64,000 bases of DNA, taken from positions 49,848,001 through 49,912,000 of the forward strand of contig CM097886.1 in NCBI GenBank assembly GCA_044892525.1, read 5' to 3'. The notes under the pieces were generated by a model that saw only the letters and a list, made by a program, of their open reading frames with translations, was not told the DNA's origin and did not search any database. Positions 60,070 to 64,000 of the stretch are shown piece after piece; position 1 is the stretch's first letter, and each line of letters starts with the position of its first letter. The DNA comes from Schmidtea polychroa. Taxonomy: Eukaryota. The translations under genes were made by a program, and so were the position numbers.

Positions 60070-60838
60070 GGGAATCATGTGTCAAAAAAGGACACTTCAC
60101 AGTTCAAAGTTTTTCCAAAGAAGTTCAAAGCAGTATAACCGATCATTTACAGGAACTTAAAGTTTCTTACAGAAACTATTTTCCACAGAGATCAAATGAA
60201 GACAATTGGGTTTCCAATCTATTCAGTGAAACATATTTTCCGCAAGCAGAAAGGTTAGCAGCTTATAAAAAAGAAAGATTGATTGAACTTTCAACTAATT
60301 CATCTTTGCAACTTGATTTCAAAAAAATTAACTTCATTGACTGTTGGGTAATGAGCATTGGGTAAATGAGCATTGGGTAATGAGCATTGGGTAAATTAGC
60401 ATTGGGTAAATGAGCATTGGGTAAATGAGCATTGGGTAAATCAGCATTGGGTAAATGAGCATTACAAATAACTGAATAATGCGTAATTTCTATTACTTTT
60501 CACAAACAGAGAGCCTGTGGAAATATCATTTTCATTTAATGCCTAAATATCGTAACAAGCTTGACAGAGCGTAAAATTTGAGGGTAACTCTATGTTATTT
60601 ACCCAGATAAAAGGTCAAGGATCACATTAAATACAAAAAAGGTAAAGATGATTTCCTTTATAGTTGCTTGAAATGATTAAACAATTTTATTAGTGAAAGA
60701 AAGCCTAAAATGAATAAATACATTCAATTAATAGTTTTCGTGTTATTGGGGATCAGGCCAGTTCGGGAATGTAGGAGTGACTCACAATTAAGAAATATAT
60801 TCAAAGGGTACGAAAGGGAAAAAGGTTGAAAACCGCTG
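60070..60838 (+). mobile_element. hAT Buster/Charlie transposase 3' remnant with right TIR
   Basis: ITDHLQELKVSYRNYFP..NWV, ERLIELSTNSSL and KYRNKLD; it ends GGTTGAAAACCGCTG. Confidence 0.75.
60345..60462. repeat. Minisatellite, 8 x 14-15 bp (TGGGTAAATGAGCAT)
   Basis: Direct reading. Confidence 0.95.
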
Positions 60839-60883
60839 AAATACATGGTAATAGATTTTAATGATTATTCTGTTTGATTAAAT

Positions 60884-61134
60884 CAGCCATGGCCAACCGG
60901 TGGCCCGCGAAGCGTTTTGATGTGGCCCGGACACAATTTTAAACATCAAATCAATAATTGTCTTTTTTTTAGAATTCATATTCGAATTAAGCATGTTTTT
61001 AATTTAAAAAATTGATTCTAAGTTTACTTGAATCGTAAAAACGAGTTATATTTATTTAAATGAATTTATTGTGGCCCGTGATAATATTTTCCCTAAAATT
61101 TGGCCCTTCGATTGATTTGGGTTGGCCACCACTG
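60884..61134. mobile_element. hAT MITE
   Basis: TIRs CAGCCATGGCCAACC / GGTTGGCCACCACTG, a perfect 8-bp TSD GATTAAAT and GTGGCCCG subterminal motifs. Confidence 0.92.
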
Positions 61135-62504
61135 GATTAAATGAAGGTTTTGTTATAGATTGATAAGTAGAAATTATTGTATGATTGATTGTTAATGAAT
61201 TTCTGCAAGTATATAAATGAGAAATTTATGCGTATTATTGATGGTTCAAAATTCTGACACCTTCGATTATTCTTACATATGTTGGGTGTTTATGAAAGTC
61301 GGTGTCAGTATCTGACCTCTTCATGTCGTTAGTTAAATAAATCGAGTAACCCAACAAAATAATTTGAAACTATTTGAAATGACTACAATTACATTTTTAT
61401 TATCTACAAACTTTAATACAACAATTTCACTTTGCACCACTTTTAATAACACTTTTTATTCTACAAAATTATCAATAACACTTTTAGTCTAGCCTAGGGA
61501 TACGTTTTCCAATGGAAGATCGCCCTTTTTGTTATGATAAGACTCAACTTGGTTTGGCTATCACTAAGTTTTGGAATGAATTCACCTATCTTTCACTAAT
61601 ATTTTCACTTGCTTGCTCTTTTTATACTAGTCCTGTAACTAAATTCTCTCCCAATCGAATTGATTTTGTCATTTTTTTTGGAATTTCTTTCTCCGAGCTT
61701 CCCACGCTAACCTAATTTATCTTCAATTTGAAGCTTTCAGGCCTTCGGATAATTCATTTACTTTATCGTAATTTTGGCCGAATTTAATTTACAGCCAGGT
61801 TCATTTTTACCCCTGGATTTCCTCATTTCTATTTTTGCGCAACTTAATTGAATAATTTTGTCGATCAATCGGGTTTCCCGTTAGATGATTAATTTTTTTT
61901 ATTAATTTCAATTTTTTTATAAATATTTCCTTCTGGGGACCCACGTTGATTTTTTTTTCTATATTTGAATTCGTCTCATTGTTTGGCATCCGTCAATATC
62001 AGAGTCCTCCAAAAAATATTCATTATTGATTTTTAATTCATATTTTTGTACTTTAATTATTATTGTGAATTTAATGATATTTTCACTTTATTTTTGTGCT
62101 TGTTTTTATTTTATTTATTTCTTTATTTTTTGTTGTCAAAACCCAACACATGTAACCGAGATCAAGAAGTTACAACTTGACAAACTATAATTTTAAAAAT
62201 TTATAAGAATCTTGAGAATTAGTCTCTCCAGTTTCTAATATCTATCCAATTTTTAAGAAAATGTCTAATTAATGCCAAATGGTTCGCTTTGTTATTGGTT
62301 CTTTCTATTGGTTGCCGCTCATAATTTGTGTGTATGTTTGTGTTTGAGCCTTTTGAATGGCTTGTTTAGAAATCGGAATTTTTAATTAGAATAATTTTAT
62401 ATCAACAATTCAAAATATATGCAATTACTCAAGGCTGAGTGAGCAAATCAAATAAAAATAAATCCTTGAGTAACTTTTTAACATATTCAAAGTTTTGATT
62501 TCAT

Positions 62505-63856
62505 TTATTCAGGCTGACTTAAATTAGTCCTTCCTCGGTACATTCGAGTTACAATAGCCGCTAAATTATTGAAATTATTATATAAAAATAAATATTTTAA
62601 AATAGAATTTACATAGCAATGAAAGGCCACTTCCTACCAGAAATGGAATTAAATAGATAGTACTGCTTACTTCCTTCTTTCTCTTATCAAAATCAGTCAT
62701 TTTAAATATGACAGTTGTACAGGAGCTTGTAATCAGTCCTGCCAAAGCCTAAAATATTATTAATAATAACAATAATAATATAAAGTGATTATTTCTTGGT
62801 AGTAGCATTAATTAATTTTTTAATAATAATAATAAACTAGTAAATAATAATATACGCGTCTTGCTGCAAAGTGTATATTTCATTTTATAAAATTACTTTA
62901 AAAATTCATTTTATCATTTATATTGAAATCTACACATAGGTGCCTGAAGCCTATTTATTAAAGAAATATATTTAAATATAAAAGTTATGCATCTATTAAG
63001 TGTTTTGGCATTACAATTTTAAACTATTCGAAAGGTAGAGTTCAAAAAGGTAAAGTCCTGTGAATGGTCTCATTTACCGTACAGAACTAACAGTACCACA
63101 TTCATAGACTTACCGCATCACGACTGAGAACCAATGTCTAAATTAAATGTGGACTTCAAATAATCTTCTAGGTAGTCTTCCTTAATTTATAAATTTATTA
63201 AATCCTTTTCTAAAATCGTAAACTAAATTACATTATTTGTCTTAAGCAAAAAATTTAAAAAACAACAGTTAAGCATCATACATAATCAAAGAAAAACTTA
63301 CATAAGCTGTAAAGAGGACTCCATAATTGACGACTGAATTCTCTTGACCAAAGGTTCGAGTACAAATTACAGGATAAATGGAAAAGTTTCCGGACAACAA
63401 GAAATGTAAAATAATGATCCAGATAAAAAACATTATTAATTTGTGATCGTCATCTTTTATCTTGCTACATAGGTAAAACGTTCCAATCATAGTTGACATA
63501 GATAACGTTAAAATTGTCATGATGGTCTATGATTAATAAAGAAAAAATACTAAAATAACATTTACCTTATATTGAAATTTATCAATAAGAAATCCCCAGA
63601 CAATTCTCCCTATTCCATTGCATCCAGCTCCAACTGCCGAAGCTATCGTTAAATGTAGGTCTGTTATACATAAAGTTCCTCCGAAAACCTAAAATAATCA
63701 TAGTAAAAAAAGAATTTGAAGCAAACTCTACAAACCTTATGAAGAGATAAAACAAGAATGGCAACACAGGAGTTAAAAGTGTAAGATAACCACAGCACCC
63801 AGAAATCCTTTTGAAAAATTAACTTAATTGGTTTCAATTGAAGTTCTGTGTAATTT
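62505..63856 (-). CDS. MFS transporter (oxalate:formate antiporter/Mch1-like), 3' five exons; 5' part not resolved, probably beyond the window
   Basis: Exons 63856-63736, 63688-63566, 63526-63302, 62748-62613 and 62560-62505 splice in phase with GT-AG. Translation includes QKDFWVLW, GCNGIGRIVWGFLIDKFQYK (MFS motif A-like), GNFSIYPVICTRTFGQENSVVNYGVLFTAY and several hydrophobic helices. Confidence 0.85.
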
Positions 63857-64000
63857 CTAAATAAGGAGGCAGCTTAAAAACATTTATTAAAACCTTTAAA
63901 GGTTAATTTAGATACAGAAACCTTTAAAATAGAAAATGATAATAGCAGAGAGGAAAAATTAATTTTTTAATTATGTGTTTGTGTAACTTATGAATTAAAT

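Noticed and set aside
60345-60462. CRISPR-like or telomeric array
   Set aside because: There are no spacers, the context is eukaryotic, and the unit is not a telomere motif.
1-64000. tRNA, rRNA, prokaryotic operons, additional hammerheads
   Set aside because: None recognised. Other CTGATGA/TCATCAG hits that I inspected lack stem II plus GAAA.

Overview
This is AT-rich eukaryotic (invertebrate animal-type) genomic DNA with 12 N-gaps; the species cannot be identified from the sequence. The main feature is a roughly 48 kb, 45-exon class XV (MyTH4-FERM) myosin gene on the + strand (7112-55248, about 2,500 aa). I reconstructed it by hand with consistent GT-AG phases through exon 43; the end of exon 44 lies in a gap. 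Downstream on the - strand are a two-exon, 86-aa secreted prepropeptide gene missed by the ORF track (signal peptide, RKR, two-Cys ring, amidation Gly; possibly calcitonin-like) and the 3' part of an MFS transporter gene. The introns and intergenic DNA hold many transposons: Penelope-like GIY-YIG fragments, hAT, pogo/Tigger, mariner, Tc1, MULE, Helitron, piggyBac-like, Stowaway-like, Gypsy, a solo LTR and foldback MITEs. These include a three-level nest with intact TSDs. The most interesting items are the prepropeptide gene and two copies of a short element carrying a minimal type I hammerhead ribozyme preceded by a U1-snRNA-5'-end-like motif.
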